NCBI GenBank assembly: GCA_043228905.1
Contig: JBHGNT010000011.1
Coordinates: 4,092,001 to 4,156,000, forward strand
DNA: 64,000 nt
Reading direction: 5' to 3'
Origin: Azolla caroliniana
Taxonomy: Eukaryota; Plantae; Polypodiophyta
Below, in pieces: positions 12,301 through 25,700 of the stretch. The position numbers and the translations under genes are program-made. Numbering within the stretch: the first letter of the stretch is position 1; the number at the start of each line of letters is the position of its first letter. Under the pieces are notes generated by a model, which saw only the letters and a list, made by a program, of their open reading frames with translations, was not told where the DNA came from and made no database searches.

Positions 12301-15169
12301 AGCAACTCCTTTGCAACATTTACCAGTCGGGGCTTGTCTGCTGTGCCGAGGTCCACCTCCTCTAGTTGGGATGCTTTTACCCTCTGGGATATCGTCATTT
12401 CCCTCTCTAGGGATTCCTGCGCTTGTCGCAGTTCTTGGATCGCCTCTTGGGCCGGTTCATCCGGCGTCGTAATGTACGGTTCTACTGCCGCCGTGATATC
12501 CACCTCAAATAGTGGGACGATTCGTGGGTGTTCCTCGAGGTACCGCTCGACTTCCTCGTCCGGTAATCCCTCCAACATGTTAATGCTTTCCGCATACAAT
12601 GGAGTTGCTTCCTTACTGGTGATCACCCGTGGTTGCGTCGTTACTCATACCTTTGTTTTCCCTCGCCGGAATGTGATCATGTTCTTTTGCCAGCTCTGCT
12701 TGATATGCGTTGTTCGCAGCCATGGTCATCCTAGCAGTAGGGGGTACACGCCTTGTACATTCAGCTGCAGCACCACGGCCGATATCCGGAATACATGGCC
12801 TCCGATCGTTACTTCCAAATCCCGGATAAGCCCGGTCGGTCGGACTGAGCTGGTATCCGCCATGCGTAACCAGAAGGGGCATGGTTCCCATTCCCAGATG
12901 CCCAGGTCGTTGCATGTCTGTTGGCTAATGACATTTACCCCGGAGCCTCCGCCAATAATCGTTCCAGCAATTTCCTTTCCTTTCACGATTGCGTGATCGC
13001 CGGGCTACTTGTATCGACCACCGCTGGTCCTTCCTCCGGGTTGGAGAAGAATGTCGGTGTTGGCGTCGGCTTCGGTTTGCTCACGGATGCATGTAAGTCT
13101 GTCGTAAACCGTGGCACCAACTGTAGTAGTTGTGCTAACGGCAGCACGATTTGACAGTCCTGTAGCGCTTGCCACGTCGGGTTTTCTCCTGGCTGTATGA
13201 TTTCTTCGTCTTTTGGCATATTTTGGTCTCTTACTTCTGCCGCATTCTGTTCATTGGCCTGCTTGATCCATTGTGCCGCTTGTTTTCTGATTGCCTCCTG
13301 GGCTTCCCACTCGGCGGTCTTTCCCTTTGACCGGGTTGTGACCTGCTGTACTTCTGTTATTTCAGTTGTAACCATGTTGACTTCCGGCTGTTTGTCATTG
13401 GTTTTGCTTGGGCATTGGTTACTATAGTGGCCTTCCTTACGGCAGTAATAACAGTACACCTTGTGACTGTTGCTCGTTTCTCCTTTGTCCCCGGTTTGGA
13501 GGGTGGGTATGCTCCGGCGGTCGTCTTCGGTTTTTCGGTTATCCGGTATCGATACCGGGTTGTCATTCCTCGCTGTCTCCCGACATTCCTCTCTTCGGAA
13601 AAATCCACGCTTCTGATTCCGTCGGAAATTTCGGTTCCCTTGTCGCCTCTCTTCTCTGCGTCGTTCGTATTCCGGGGATTCGTCTCGGTCGTACCGGTCC
13701 CGGGGGTAGCTATCTTTGCGTCTCTCCTCTCGGTCATAGTTATCGCATCTTCTATCAGCGTATCTGTTACCGCGTTCACGTTGGTAGTGGTCGTCTCTCC
13801 GGAATCGATCCTCGTCCGGGTTCTGATTGCGCGGTTCTATGTGTCGAACCGGTGCTGCCTGCCGATTTAACAGGTTATATTCGCATCGGTCCGTTGTATG
13901 GGCTCGAGAGTTGCAGATCATACATTGTGTCCGCAGGGTGCAGTCTACTGTTGAGTGCCCTGAATTTAGGCATGTTGTACATTGTAAGGCCTATCGGAAC
14001 CTCAGGTCTTCCTCCTTCGAGAGTGCCCGGTGTAACATCCCCATCGACAAGAAGGGGCTAGTCTTGTCCATTTCTAAAACCCGATCAATAACTTGGTCCA
14101 TTGTGCTGGTTTGGAAATCAAGGACTCCGCACATTGTTCGAAGTGGCTCTTACAGCGCGGCCAAAAAGACTGCTTTGGCTTCGTCTTCGGGTGGTGCTCT
14201 TGTCAGTTGGTTGTGCAGGGTCTGAAACCGAATGATGAATTGTGGCACAGTCTCGTTCTCTTCCTGCCGGGTGGTGTAGAACTGCCCGACCAATTCCCTT
14301 TGCTCAAATTGTCTGTGAAAAAGCCTGAGGAATCTGGCCTTCAAGGCATCGAATGTGGCAAAGCTGCCCGGTAAGTGCTTTGCGTGCCATCGGGCCACCG
14401 GTCCTTCTAAGGTTATGCCGAATTTGGCGACTTTGGATCGTTCGGCTTCGGGCTCCGTCAGTCTTTGGGAGACATGGTTGGCTTCCCATGTTTGGAGGAA
14501 TGCGTACACGTGTGCCTCCGCGTCGGCCTCATCCCGGTACTTTGGGTATGGGTACGGCATCGTGTCGTCCAACTGACTCTCCTGCTTCCTCCGCTCTCTG
14601 TCCGTTGTTGGCGTTGGTGTGAGAACCTTTGGTTCCTCCGCGGGTGTTGCCGGTGTCCGGTCCTTTGGTTCCTTCGCGGGTGTTGTCGGTATCCGCTCCT
14701 TCGGTTCCTTCGCGGTTGTTGTCGGTATCCGGTCAGCCTCCCTCAGCGATTGCCGGTGTCCGAATTCCAGGGTTATTTCTTCCTCTAGCGCCGGTGTTAT
14801 TGAGTCTTCCGACCCCTCATCCTCCCGGTCGTTTGGTGTGTCGTGGCTGCTTTTATACCGGGACGCAACGCTTCCGTCGCTTTCCGACTCCGCCTCAAGT
14901 GTTGCGAATGCTTCCGAGTCCCCGTCGCCCCCGGCGAGCGTCTGCAGTATCGTTTCCTCCTCTTGCAGGCTTGTTATGCTACTGCCTTCATCGGGGATTT
15001 GCAAAACCCGGAACTGCAGTGCTTCTTCTGCGACTCTCCGAAGAGTTTTGGAGAATGACCGATCCCGCCGGATCTCGTCGACGGCTTGCTGCAGGGCTTC
15101 CCGTCGTTGCTCGCGTTCGGTGTATCATCTCCCTCGTTCGGTGATGTGGTCGTCGTTTGGTCTAGACAT
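9373..15169 (-). pseudogene. gag-pol: Gypsy-1 gag-pol, disrupted
   Basis: CCHC knuckles, protease (I[D>G]GGSGVN), RT (LDGFSGYNQ, FLDD), RNase H (DASD..ADYLSR), integrase (HHCC, DFVGP, DQG, NGLAE). Confidence 0.93.
14600..14730 (-). repeat. 36-bp coding tandem repeat in Gypsy-1 gag (IPTTPAKEPKDR-like x3-4)
   Basis: Repeats of ggttccttcgcgggtgttgtcggtatccg read directly. Confidence 0.8.
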
Positions 15170-15205
15170 CCATCCCCCGGTTGTCCTCTGCACTTTGCAG
15201 GAATC

Positions 15206-15215
15206 GTGGTCGCCA
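15206..15215 (-). promoter_or_regulatory. Gypsy-1 PBS TGGCGACCAC (probably tRNA-Arg)
   Basis: Lies 6 nt after the 5' LTR and is identical in Gypsy-2 and Gypsy-3. It matches the plant tRNA-Arg(UCG) 3' end as recalled. Confidence 0.85.
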
Positions 15216-15221
15216 AAATGG

Positions 15222-15610
15222 TGTTGTCTGCCTGGCCGGACTAGCCTCAACACAGGTGTCTATCCGACACTTCTCCAAAGGGGTGGTAAGGATTGGATGC
15301 TAGGTTACACGCGTAAGATGATTACAATTAAGCACAGACGGTAAACAATACGAGATACAGATAAACACGCAATAATTACTATTGTATTACTTCCGTCAAA
15401 CCCTTTACAAATCATCGGATCCTTTTATAGGCATCCGACAAGGTTACAATCGGTGCACTTAGGCAACCGATATCCGAATCGGTCCGGATCCGGATCGGTA
15501 CAACTGTACCGGATCCGTCCCTCCGAATAATAATTCTACTATTATTTACTTCCTATTATCCGATCCGACTCCGCCTTCCCACTTGTCCTTGCTCTTCTGA
15601 CCGGCCAACA
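15222..15610 (-). repeat. Gypsy-1 5' LTR
   Basis: Direct repeat of 5609-5997; TATA-like cctataaaag on the minus strand. Confidence 0.95.
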
Positions 15611-15629
15611 CTGATCTTCTCAATTTCTG

Positions 15630-15998
15630 ATTTGCATCTTTCATTGCTCTTTCAGCACCAAAGATTTTTGGCACTTGTATACCCAACTCTTCATCCAATG
15701 ATACATCTAAATCTACATCTTCCATGTTTCTAGATCCATCATCAAGCATTTCATATTCTAGCATCTTTTGTTTTCTATTTTTATCATCATATTTTTTGTC
15801 TTACATTTTTTCCACTCCAACCATTTGATTCAGATTTACTACCTGAATTTTCAGATGGTCCTATACATGCATCGATGTTTCATTGCTCTTTCAACACCAG
15901 AGATTTTCGTCACTTGTGTACCCAGCTCTTCATCCAATGATACATCTGAATCTACATCTTCCATGTTTCTAGATCCATCATCAAGCATTTCATATTTT
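15630..15998. repeat. ~239-bp-period duplication in the Copia B INT-RT linker
   Basis: 15641-15760 recurs at 15879-15998 (ttcattgctctttc...tccatgtttctagatccatcatcaagcatttcatatt). Confidence 0.8.
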
Positions 15999-16366
15999 GG
16001 CACAACGGATTGTGATGTGTTGGATCGTTAGTGTGTTCAAGAGAGAAAGAAACGGGGGAAGGAAACTCACCTCCGTAGCAGCCCAAAAACTTTATGTTTC
16101 ATTGTCGAGAGAAAACCTCTCTCGTCTATCTTCTTACTTCTCTTCTTACACTTTTTCTCCTACTGCTCCTTACTCTTACTTTTTAACCTAATTATATAAG
16201 TGACTTACATATTCAGCTAATTAGTTGTGAGTAGCTAAATAGTTGTGAGTAGCTAAATAGTTGTTTGACCTATATGTCTAATAGTAGCTAATTTCCAAAT
16301 AGCTACTATTGAAGATCTCAGTTACCAATAAGCATCACATGCTTTGGTTGAGCTTGTTTCTTAACA
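15999..16366 (-). repeat. Copia B 5' LTR (inner ~30 bp lost)
   Basis: Matches 3648-3957 and has a small internal duplication of tagttgtgagtagctaaa. Confidence 0.88.
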
Positions 16367-16928
16367 CTATCATCACAACCTGTCAAGCCATTTGACTTCG
16401 GTGGCTACTTCAAGACCTCTGGATCAAAGTACGGACTCCGATCCCGATCTATGGTGACAACATAAGTAGCATGCAGCTTGCCAAGAACCCTGTGTTCCAT
16501 GCTCACACAAAGCACATTGAGGTGCATTATCACTTTGTGCGCGAGCGAATCCTGAGTGGTGAAGTCGAACTTCGATATGTTAGAACTAATCGGCAGGTTC
16601 CAGACATCCTCACCAAGCCACTCAGATCAGACAAGCTGCATCACTTCTCGAAGATGCTTGGTATCCACCATCTCGACATGCCACACTTGAGGGGGAGAAC
16701 CAGAACAGGAACTGGGAGAATAGGTAAAGGCACAGCCGGAGAAAAGGAGAACTGAACTAAAACAGGGGGAGACAATGAGAAAAAGGGAGTCGAGTCAACT
16801 GAAGAAGTCGCTACATCCGATAAAGTCCGAATGAGCGGCTATAGATTCAGTGTCAAGAAGGACAGAGCTGACCGGAAGAGGAAGGCCAAGACCCGGACGT
16901 GGTCCGATGTTGTGAAGGGCCTGGAGAT

Positions 16929-17187
16929 TGTTAAGAATCGATCGGCCACAACCGGTTAGAAGTTTGCGTTCGGGTGCAAAAAACGAGATAGATAGACACA
17001 CAGACAAAAATGAGGGGTAGAAAATACAAAATAGAGACACGGATATTTAACATGGAAACCCAAAAGGGGAAAAAACCACAGGATTCCTTGACCTCCGAAC
17101 TAGATCACTATAAAGGAGAGGAGTACAACGAGAAGCTCCAAGGCAATAACCTTGAGTTATCCTTCATCAAACAGACAGTTGTAGAGT

Positions 17188-17231
<44 letters not shown>

Positions 17232-17416
17232 CAACTAAAGAGGCAACTACCTTTTGTGTCACTATACAACTAATAATGATCAACTACACTCTATAAAGTT
17301 TGCCCTAGTTTCTTATATACTAAAACAACATTCGAGCTATTTACACATATAGCCCAAAAGGGGCACATTTAGAGTAGGTCGTTCTCTTCCCATCCGGAGG
17401 GACCTGTTTCCCAACA
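16929..17416 (-). repeat. Copia F 3' LTR (contains a (CT)n tract at ~17189-17227)
   Basis: TG..CA termini; terminal tgttggga..ggtccctccggatggga is shared with the G and H LTRs; PPT adjacent. Confidence 0.85.
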
Positions 17417-18493
17417 AACTCCCCCATCACTCCGGCATGGAATACTTCACCAATATAACCCTCTATAGGCACTCGTTCAGCTTTTCGACCGACAACCCCT
17501 TTGTTAGCACGTCCGACCCTTTCTCCATTCTATGCACCTTTACTAGAGAAAACTCCCTCTCTTCTACCCTCTCCCAGAGCCAATGATACCTCCGTTGGAT
17601 GTGCTTTGTCCTCGAGTGGTAGGCGGCATTTTTCACAAGGTGGATGACACTCTCATTATCGCAATAGAGTCGGAATTCTTCCTGTTGAATTCCCAACTCA
17701 CCAATAAACTCCATCCATTTGATTTCCTTGCTAGCATCCATTGCGACCATGTACTCAGCTTCCGTGGTCGACAATGCCATGGCCTTCTGTAGCCTCGACT
17801 ACCACAAGACAGCTCCCCCTACATAAGTCATTATGTACCCGGGCGTGGATCGGCTGGTATCCACATCAGCCGACATGTCCCAGTCAGTATAACCTTCCAG
17901 TATGGGGTTGACTGAGCCGAATCGAAGACACGCATTCAAGGTGCCTTTTAGGTACCAAAGTATCCACTTCACGACAGCCTAATGCTCTCATATATCGGCT
18001 AACAACGCCGACTATGTATCCAATGTCCGGCCTTGTACACACCATTGCATGCATCAAGCTTCCAACTATCGAGGCATAAGGGACTTTTGACATCTCAGCC
18101 TTCTTGGTTTTCGATTTCGGACATTGACTTCTGCTCAACTTACAGTTTGTCGGCAGTGTCGATCCGACCAGTTTCGCGCTTTCCATGCCAAATATCTGGA
18201 GCACTTTTGTTGGCATAAAAGGCCAACTCCTTCCACCTTATATCCTAGTGTGAACTCGTCCAAATAGTTAGGGCTTAGTATATAAGCGATAACCTAAAAT
18301 TAGGGAGATAGAACGCTTGATCATCTTGTACATCGAGTCTAAGAGAAAGACAACAGAAATAAAGAGAGCTTCCATTAAAGCTTCGTCTATGTGTCTATCA
18401 TCTGTCCATATCTTCTTGCCTTCCTTCTGTGCTGTTTGCTGAGCACAATCGACAGGTCCTCACATACGTTTCCACGCATATCTATCCCTCAAT

Positions 18494-18505
18494 TGGTATC
18501 AGAGC
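18494..18505 (+). promoter_or_regulatory. Copia E PBS (tRNAi-Met)
   Basis: TGGTATCAGAGC, 2 nt after the LTR. Confidence 0.92.
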
Positions 18506-18591
18506 CGACTTGTTGTTCAGCGGCAGCAAACAATAGAAAAGTTGAGAGGAAAAAGACTAGGCTAGTAAATTCTCAACTTTCAAAGAAGAAC

Positions 18592-21500
18592 ATGGCTTCA
18601 ACATCTGGAACAGGAGTTGAAATCAGAAAATTCGACAGCAAAAACTTTCCTCTTTGGAAGGAGATGATGCAAGACGTGTTGATCATCAGAAGATAGGTTG
18701 AAGCCATTTGACACAATGAAAAACCTACCTCGATGGCAGCTGAAGAGTGGAGATCTACAGACGAAATCGCACGCTCCACCATCCGAATGCATCTGGCCGA
18801 AAACATCTACTTCAGCATGGCAAAAGAGACGATTGCGTTCTCACTATGGGAGAAACTACAAGCCGTGTACAAGAAAAAGTCCTCATCTTCAAAACTAACT
18901 TTGATCAAACAATTGTTCAACATGAAGATGAGAGAGTCCGATCCAGCTACCTCCCACATCAATACCTTCAACCAGGTGTTGTCAGAACTCTCCTCACAAG
19001 GGATCAACTTCGAAGAAGAAGTGAAAGCCCTTACCCTCCTATCGAGCTTGCCGACGATTTGGGATGTATTCTGCACGACATAAGCCAATTGCCGACTGAT
19101 CCTAAATATGGATGAGACGATCGGCCAAGTTCTCACCGAGGACATTCGGCAAAAATCGATGGGACTTACCATCAATGAATTGGCAAAAGTCCATCACTAG
19201 ATCGAGTCGTTCGACTGACAAAGTCGAACAAGAGAACAAGCCGAAAAAACTGGTTGGAACACCAACCGATCGAAGACGAGGGGAGACCGACAGTGGTCGA
19301 AGTCAAGAACGGGACGATCAGGTGAATTCTGCACACTACAGAAAAGCTAGCCATAATGTTTCTAACTGCTGGTCGATCAAGAGGAAAGAGAGTGGTCGGC
19401 GATCCAAGCAGAATCGAGGAAGACCCAACTCTGACCACTCCCCTACTGGATTCCGGTGCAACATTCCACATGACCCCTAATATTGAATAGTTTTCGAACT
19501 ATTCATCTGACGCCAATGGCACAGTCTAACTAGGGAACAGGCAGGAGTCCAGAATCGCAGTGACCAAAGAAGTTCCCATCAGATTGCCAAATGGCAACAT
19601 GATCACCCTGCACTGAGTTCAGCATGTACCTGATTTGAAAAGGATTCTGGTCTACATCAACATGTTAGCCGAAGATGGGTACTGAACGACTCTCAGTGAG
19701 TCAATATGGAAGATCAGCTAAGGAAATCTCAAAATCAGGACCAGGCACAAGTACAATAACTTGTACCCATTAATGGTGATCAATCTAGAAGAGGTTGTGA
19801 ACGTAGCCAAAAAGACTGACCCGAAGTTAGGGCATGGCCAACTCGGCCATATGTCTCAAGACAGACTTGATTGGTTGATGGCGGCGACATCCCTAAACTC
19901 CAAGCAAAGACAGACTCCTACGAGCATTGTCGATACGGGAAACAGCCCCGAAGCCCGCATTCTCTCCACTACGAGATGGTATGATAGCCCCTAGAGCTCG
20001 TGCACATAGATATATGTGGACCTATGCCAGAACGATACTAAGAGGCTCCCGGTACTTCATCACATTCGTAGATGACTGTTACACAGAAGGTTTGGGCCTA
20101 CTCGATTAGGTCCAAAGACGAAGCGCTCGAGATCTTCACTCGGTAGACATCTGAAGTGGAAAACCGGTTGGGATACAAAGTGAAGACACTCTGATCCGAC
20201 AACGGAGGAGAATATACCTCCAAAGCCTTCAAACAGTACCTATCCAACAAAGGGATCCGGCATCAAAAAACCATTCCATACACACCCATGCAGAGTGGAG
20301 TAGCAGAACGGATCAGCCGAACGATTCAGGAGAGGGTGACGGCAATGCTCCAACAAGCTGGACTGAAGGTGGAGATCTGGGCCGAGGCATTGCAGACGGT
20401 AGTATACCTGATAAATCTATCACCGTCGAGAGCAATCAGGCTCGAAGTGCCATAGGCACTATGCTCAGGCAAACAGCCGACCTACGATAGGCTCCGTATA
20501 TTCGGATGTGAAGCCTATGCGTTCATCCCCAGGGAGAAAAGGACCAAGTCGGCACCCCATGCGACGAAATGCATATTTCTCGGTTATGGAACCGATGGGC
20601 ACTTCGGCTACCGGCTATGGGACCCTGAGAACCGGAAACTAATCCAAAGTAGTGACGTAGTCTTCAATGAAGACTCTATCTTCTCTCAATGGAACCAACT
20701 GAAAATAGTTGGTAAAAAGGTATCCTTCAAAGACGAGAAAGACATCGTAGAACAACCAACCCACCGGTCCGACTCAGAGATTCGACAAACAGTCGAACTC
20801 GAACAAGCCAACAACATACCTACCGACTCCAAATCGGTAGGAGATCCACTCATCGAACTCAAAGACAAAGCCATCAAAGACAAAGATGATTTGACAAGAG
20901 TCAAACAAAACAAAGTCAACAAGATGCGAGTTGGAAACAGAACCAAGTTGACAAAGTCCATAGGAGAGGACGACATGACACCACCGAAATCCCAACTCGA
21001 GGGATAGATCAACCAACAAGACTCCTAACACAAGTGGCTCAACAAATGCCGATCCAACCCACTTATTTCGGCACCCAGGAGATCTGGACAAGCTTGAAGG
21101 CCAACAGAGTTTTATCAACGGGGCCTCAATTACGTAAACTACACCGATGCAGGCGAACCAAGCACATACAATGAAGGTATGGCCGCACCAGACGCCGACA
21201 CATGGCTGCAAGCCATGAGATCCGAAATGAACTTGATTCACAAGAATCAGACATGGGAGCTAGTTGAATTACCAGTTGGAAGAAAGCCGCTACCTTGCAA
21301 ATGGGTTTTCCAATACAAATATGTATCTGACTCAGAGAAACCCAAGTACAAAGCTTGGCTTGTCGCGAAAGGGTTCAAACAAGAACATGGGGTCGACTAC
21401 GACGAGATATTCTCACCAAAAGTCAAGATGACCACCCTTAGATTCCTACTAGGAGTTGTGGCGAAAGAAGACCTAGAGCTAGACCGGTTGGATGTAAAGA

Positions 21501-22722
21501 CAGCATTCCTACATGGAGATCTGGAAGAAGACATTTACATGTCTCAACCGGCAGGCTTCACGGCGACAGGGGAGGAAAGGCACCTCGTATGTCGACTGAA
21601 GAAAAGCCTCTACAGCTTGAAACAAGCACCGAGGATGTGGTATCAAAAGTTCAACTCCTACATCAGGAAGCTTGAATACCGCCCATCCGACTACGACCCA
21701 TGCATGTATGTTCGCCAACTGGCCGACGAGTCTAGGATTTACCTGATCCTATTTGTCCACGACATGCTAATTGTAGGTAGCAATCGAGCAGGAATCAAAA
21801 AGCGAAAGCGGATCCTTCACGACAAGTTCGCGATGAAGGAACTCGAACAAGACCGTCACATATGGGGCATGAGGATCGAGTGAAATCGGACGACCAAGAC
21901 TCTCTGACTCTCCCAGTCCGACTATATCTGGAAGGTGCTGAGGCGCTTCAACATGGAGAACGCGAAGCCAGCACCACACCGCTTCTGACGTCGATCCAAC
22001 TATCAAACAGGGACTCTCCTTCAACTGACAAGGAGAGAGAGCTTAATGGAAAGATGCCCTACCCATCGGTCGTAGGAACTATCATGTACGCAATGGTGGC
22101 GACCCAACCCGACCTAGCCTATGTCGTAGGGGTGGTCAGCTGGTACATGTCAAACCCATGACAGAAGCATTGGTAGGCCGTCAAGCACATCTTCAAGTAC
22201 CTGAGAGGGACTGAGGATACACAGCTGACTTTCAGTTTGACAACCTCAGCCGAAGTCAATGGCTACACTGACTCTGACTATGCCAGAAATACGGACAATC
22301 GGAAATCAACATCTGGCTATATCTTCACCTATGGTGGTGGTGCTATATCATGGAGGTCGAAACTTGAAGAGTGCATGGCTCTGTTAACCATAGAGGCCGA
22401 GTACATAGCAGCATCAAAGGTAGCGAAGGAAGCGATCTGGCTGCACCGTCTGTTTGCTAACTTTTCAGCCACAGGCCGAATCGACCGACCATCACCTACC
22501 ATCTATTGTGACTCACAGAGCACAATACACCTCATCAACAATCCTGTCTATCACGCAAAGACAAAGCATATTGAGGTGCGGTATCATCACATCCGGGAGC
22601 TCATAACCGAGAAGAGGCTCAAAGTATGGAAGATCGACACCGAGGTGAACATCGCTTATTGCCTGACGAAGCCATTCCCAGATCAACGCATCAAAGTACT
22701 AAGGACAAAGATGGGACTGTGA
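18592..22722 (+). pseudogene. gag-pol: Copia E gag-pol, many stops and frameshifts
   Basis: IRKFDSKNFPLWK (gag), DSGATFH (PR), SDNGGEY (INT), LDVKTAFLHG (RT), KHIEVRYHHIRE (RH). Confidence 0.9.
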
Positions 22723-25700
22723 CAAGCGACCGAGCAGAAGAAACCCGAACAAGGAACAAAAGGTAAGAGTCAACCAAATCAATCATGATAATGAGCCAGC
22801 CTAGGCTCGACACAGACCTCACCTCTGCCGACTCGGATATAAGCCGACCGACTTGTAACATAAACTTGGATTAGTTTTGTAATCTAGGTTTATGAGGAAG
22901 AAAATCCCAAACACATGTACATGTAGAGAAGAGAAGTCCTTTTACGAGGGAGTTTGTTGGCATAAAAAGCCAACTCCTTCCACCTTGTATCTTAGTGTGG
23001 AGTCGTCCAAATAGTTAGGGCTTAGTATATAAGCGATAACCTAACATTAGAGAGATAGAACATTTGATCATCTTGTACATCGAGTCTCAGAGAGAGAGAC
23101 AACAGAAATAAAGAGAGCTTCCTTTAACGCTTTATTTGTGTGTCTATCATCTGTCTATATCTTCTTGCCTTCCTTCTGTGTTGTTTGATGAGCACAACCA
23201 ACAAGTCCTCATATACTTTTCCACGTACTTCTCTTGTGACAACCATAAGAATTTCTTTGTTCAATCCCGAACAATGTGCATTCCCAGATTTTTTTTGCCA
23301 GACCCATATCTTTCATCCAAAACGATCTACTCAAGGCCTTCTTCAAACTTCTGATTTTCCTCAGGTCCTGTCCGACAATCAGCATGTCATCAACATACAA
23401 CAAGAGGATGAGAAAATCTCCTCCATCATACTTCTTGACAAAGACGCAATGATCCACCTGTGTATTGTTGAAACCCTGATCCACCATGAAAGATTCGAAT
23501 TTTCGGTACAATTGCCGAGGTGCCTGCTTCAACCCATACATGCTCTTTCTCAATCGGCATACCAGGTTTTCTTTACCTTTTCTTCAAATCCTTCTGGTGG
23601 GTGCATCTATATCTCTTTCTCCAAATCTCCATGAAGGAAGGCAGCCTTGACGTCAAGTTGCTCGACTTCGAGATCCATGCTGGCCGCAAGGCTCAGCACT
23701 GTTCGGATTGACGTCATCTTCACGACTAGGCAAATATTTCATTGAAAACGAAACCCTTCTTCTGTTGAAAGCCTTTCATGAAAATTCGTGCTTTGTACCT
23801 GGGTGGATTCCCACCATCTCCCGGTTTCAACTTGTATACCCATTTATTCCGAAGTGCCTTCTTTCCTCTCGGCAGTTCGGTCAGTTCATATGTATGGTTC
23901 TCATGCAAGGAATCCATATCCTCTTGCATAGCACTCAACCACCTTCAGATGTGGGTATCTTCCTTAGCTTCTTCAAATCTTTCTAGCTCCCCCTCATCAG
24001 TTAGTAGTACACGCTCTTCATCCGAAAATCTTCGGGGGGGCCTTCTCTCTCTTTGGGGGTATCTTCGGCCTCCATTCGGCACGATCAGTTCTTCTTTGAC
24101 TTCTTCGGCCAAGTCAAACTCGGTTCCTCATTCGGTTGGTTCCCCTTGTTCTATAATCGGTTCTCGATTTTTCCGAGTAATAAATCGGCCAACTGGCTCG
24201 GATTCGATTTCGATCAAATCAACTTCTACTCGATTCGACCAAGCATTGACTCGGCTCGATTCGGTAGTTGGAGACTTATTCTCAATCCTCCAATCGACAA
24301 TCGTCTTCCCTTTCATGAAGACGATGTCTCGTCTCTTGGTCACCTTCTTCTTGGCTAAGTCTCATAGCCGATAGCCGAATTCATCATTCCGTAGCCGAGA
24401 AATATGCATGGTCAAGATTTCGGGTCCAGCTTCCCCCTCTGATCCTTTGCGACATGCACATAGGCAAGATAGTAGAACACCTTTAGATGTCAGTATGAGA
24501 TTTCTTTGCCACTACACACCCTTCATGGAATATCATTGTCCAAGGGTACTGGGAGGGTGATTGATTTATCACATACGCTATCGTCATCAGCGCTTCAGCC
24601 CAGAACGTCTTTGGTAACTTTGCATGTGCAAGCATACTTCAGACCCTCTCCATTATGGTTCGGTTCATTCTCTCGGCCAACCCGTTAAGCTCCAGCGTCT
24701 TCGGCATGGTATACTCGAGCCAAATTCCCTGTGCTCGGCAATATTCTTCGAACAGTCCGTGGTACTCTCCGTCGTTGTGTGCTCGGACTGCCTTCAACTT
24801 TCGGCCGGTTTCCCTCTCAGCCCTCGCTTGGAATTCTTTGAAGACGGATAATACTTGATCCTTCTTCTTCAGCACGAAAGCCCACAACTTCCAGCTACAA
24901 TCGTCTATGAAGGTCACAAAATACTGTGACCCAACATGAGACTTCCTGTCCACGTAGCATACGTCCATATGCAAGAGTTCTAGTGGCATTTTCTTCCTCA
25001 TCGGGGGCCTCGATCGGAATGAGGTTTGATTTTCTTTGCCCAGCCAGGCAATGGGCACACTTATCCAGATGCACTTTCTTTACCTCCGGCAGGAGTTCCT
25101 TTTCAGCCAGCATTTGCATTCCCTTCTAGCTCATGTGGCATAGCCTCTTGTGCCACATCTCATCGGCTGTGTCGGCTACCACGTTTACTTCCCCTCAGCA
25201 TAATCAAGCATTCATTAAGTACAGTGTGTTGGTTTTCTAGGCTCGAGCCATGATCAAACTTCCCATGCAAAACTTCATGATGTCGTTCCGGATGCTACAG
25301 GTGTAGCCTTCATCATCTAGCCGACCGACTGATATCAAGTTTAGTCAAACTTCTGGAACGTGCCGAACATCTCTCAGCACTAGTCTACACCCAATCGATG
25401 TCATCAGACACACATCTCCAATGCCGAAAATTCGGCATGCTCCTTCATTCCCCATTTTTACAAGACCGTGGTCTCCGCCCTTGTATGATGAGAAGCACTT
25501 TTAGTTGGGGGTTAGATGAAACAACGCACCCGAATCGACCACCCATATTGATTCTTTGCAGGTGAGATTGAACTCATTTTGTTCGTTAATGAATAGCAGC
25601 TCCTCTTCACTTGCAGCGATTGCTGAGGTGTTCTTTCTATCCAGTATATTTTGGCTCTACACCATCAACTCCCCCTTTCTCCTTTTGAAAGTGTCGGAAA

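Larger units (their letters stand above)
5609..15610 (-). mobile_element. Gypsy-1: full-length Athila-like non-chromovirus LTR retrotransposon (10.0 kb) with extra ORF
   Basis: 389-bp LTRs at 5609-5997 and 15222-15610 (~6 substitutions by eye). TSD ctgat at 5604-5608 and 15611-15615. Domain order PR-RT-RH-INT. Confidence 0.95.
3618..16366 (-). mobile_element. Copia B, internally deleted, nested in A1
   Basis: LTRs at 3618-3957 and ~15999-16366. Near-TSD ctacc (3613-3617)/ctatc (16367-16371). PPT at 3958-3966. RT/RNase H at 3976-5551. Confidence 0.88.
2766..16928 (+). mobile_element. Copia A1 remnant (RT-RNase H + 3' extension); host parts 2766-3617 and 16367-16928
   Basis: LKKSLYALKQ, LYVDD and ADWA motifs. 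RNase H resumes at 16367 (KNPVFHAHTKHIEVHYHFVRE) after the Copia B insertion. Interrupted again at 16928 by Copia F. Confidence 0.85.
18208..23225 (+). mobile_element. Copia E, near full-length but degenerate
   Basis: LTRs at 18208-18491 and 22955-23225. PBS TGGTATCAGAGC at 18494-18505. PPT at 22946-22954. gag, PR, INT, RT and RH fragments occur in order. Confidence 0.92.
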
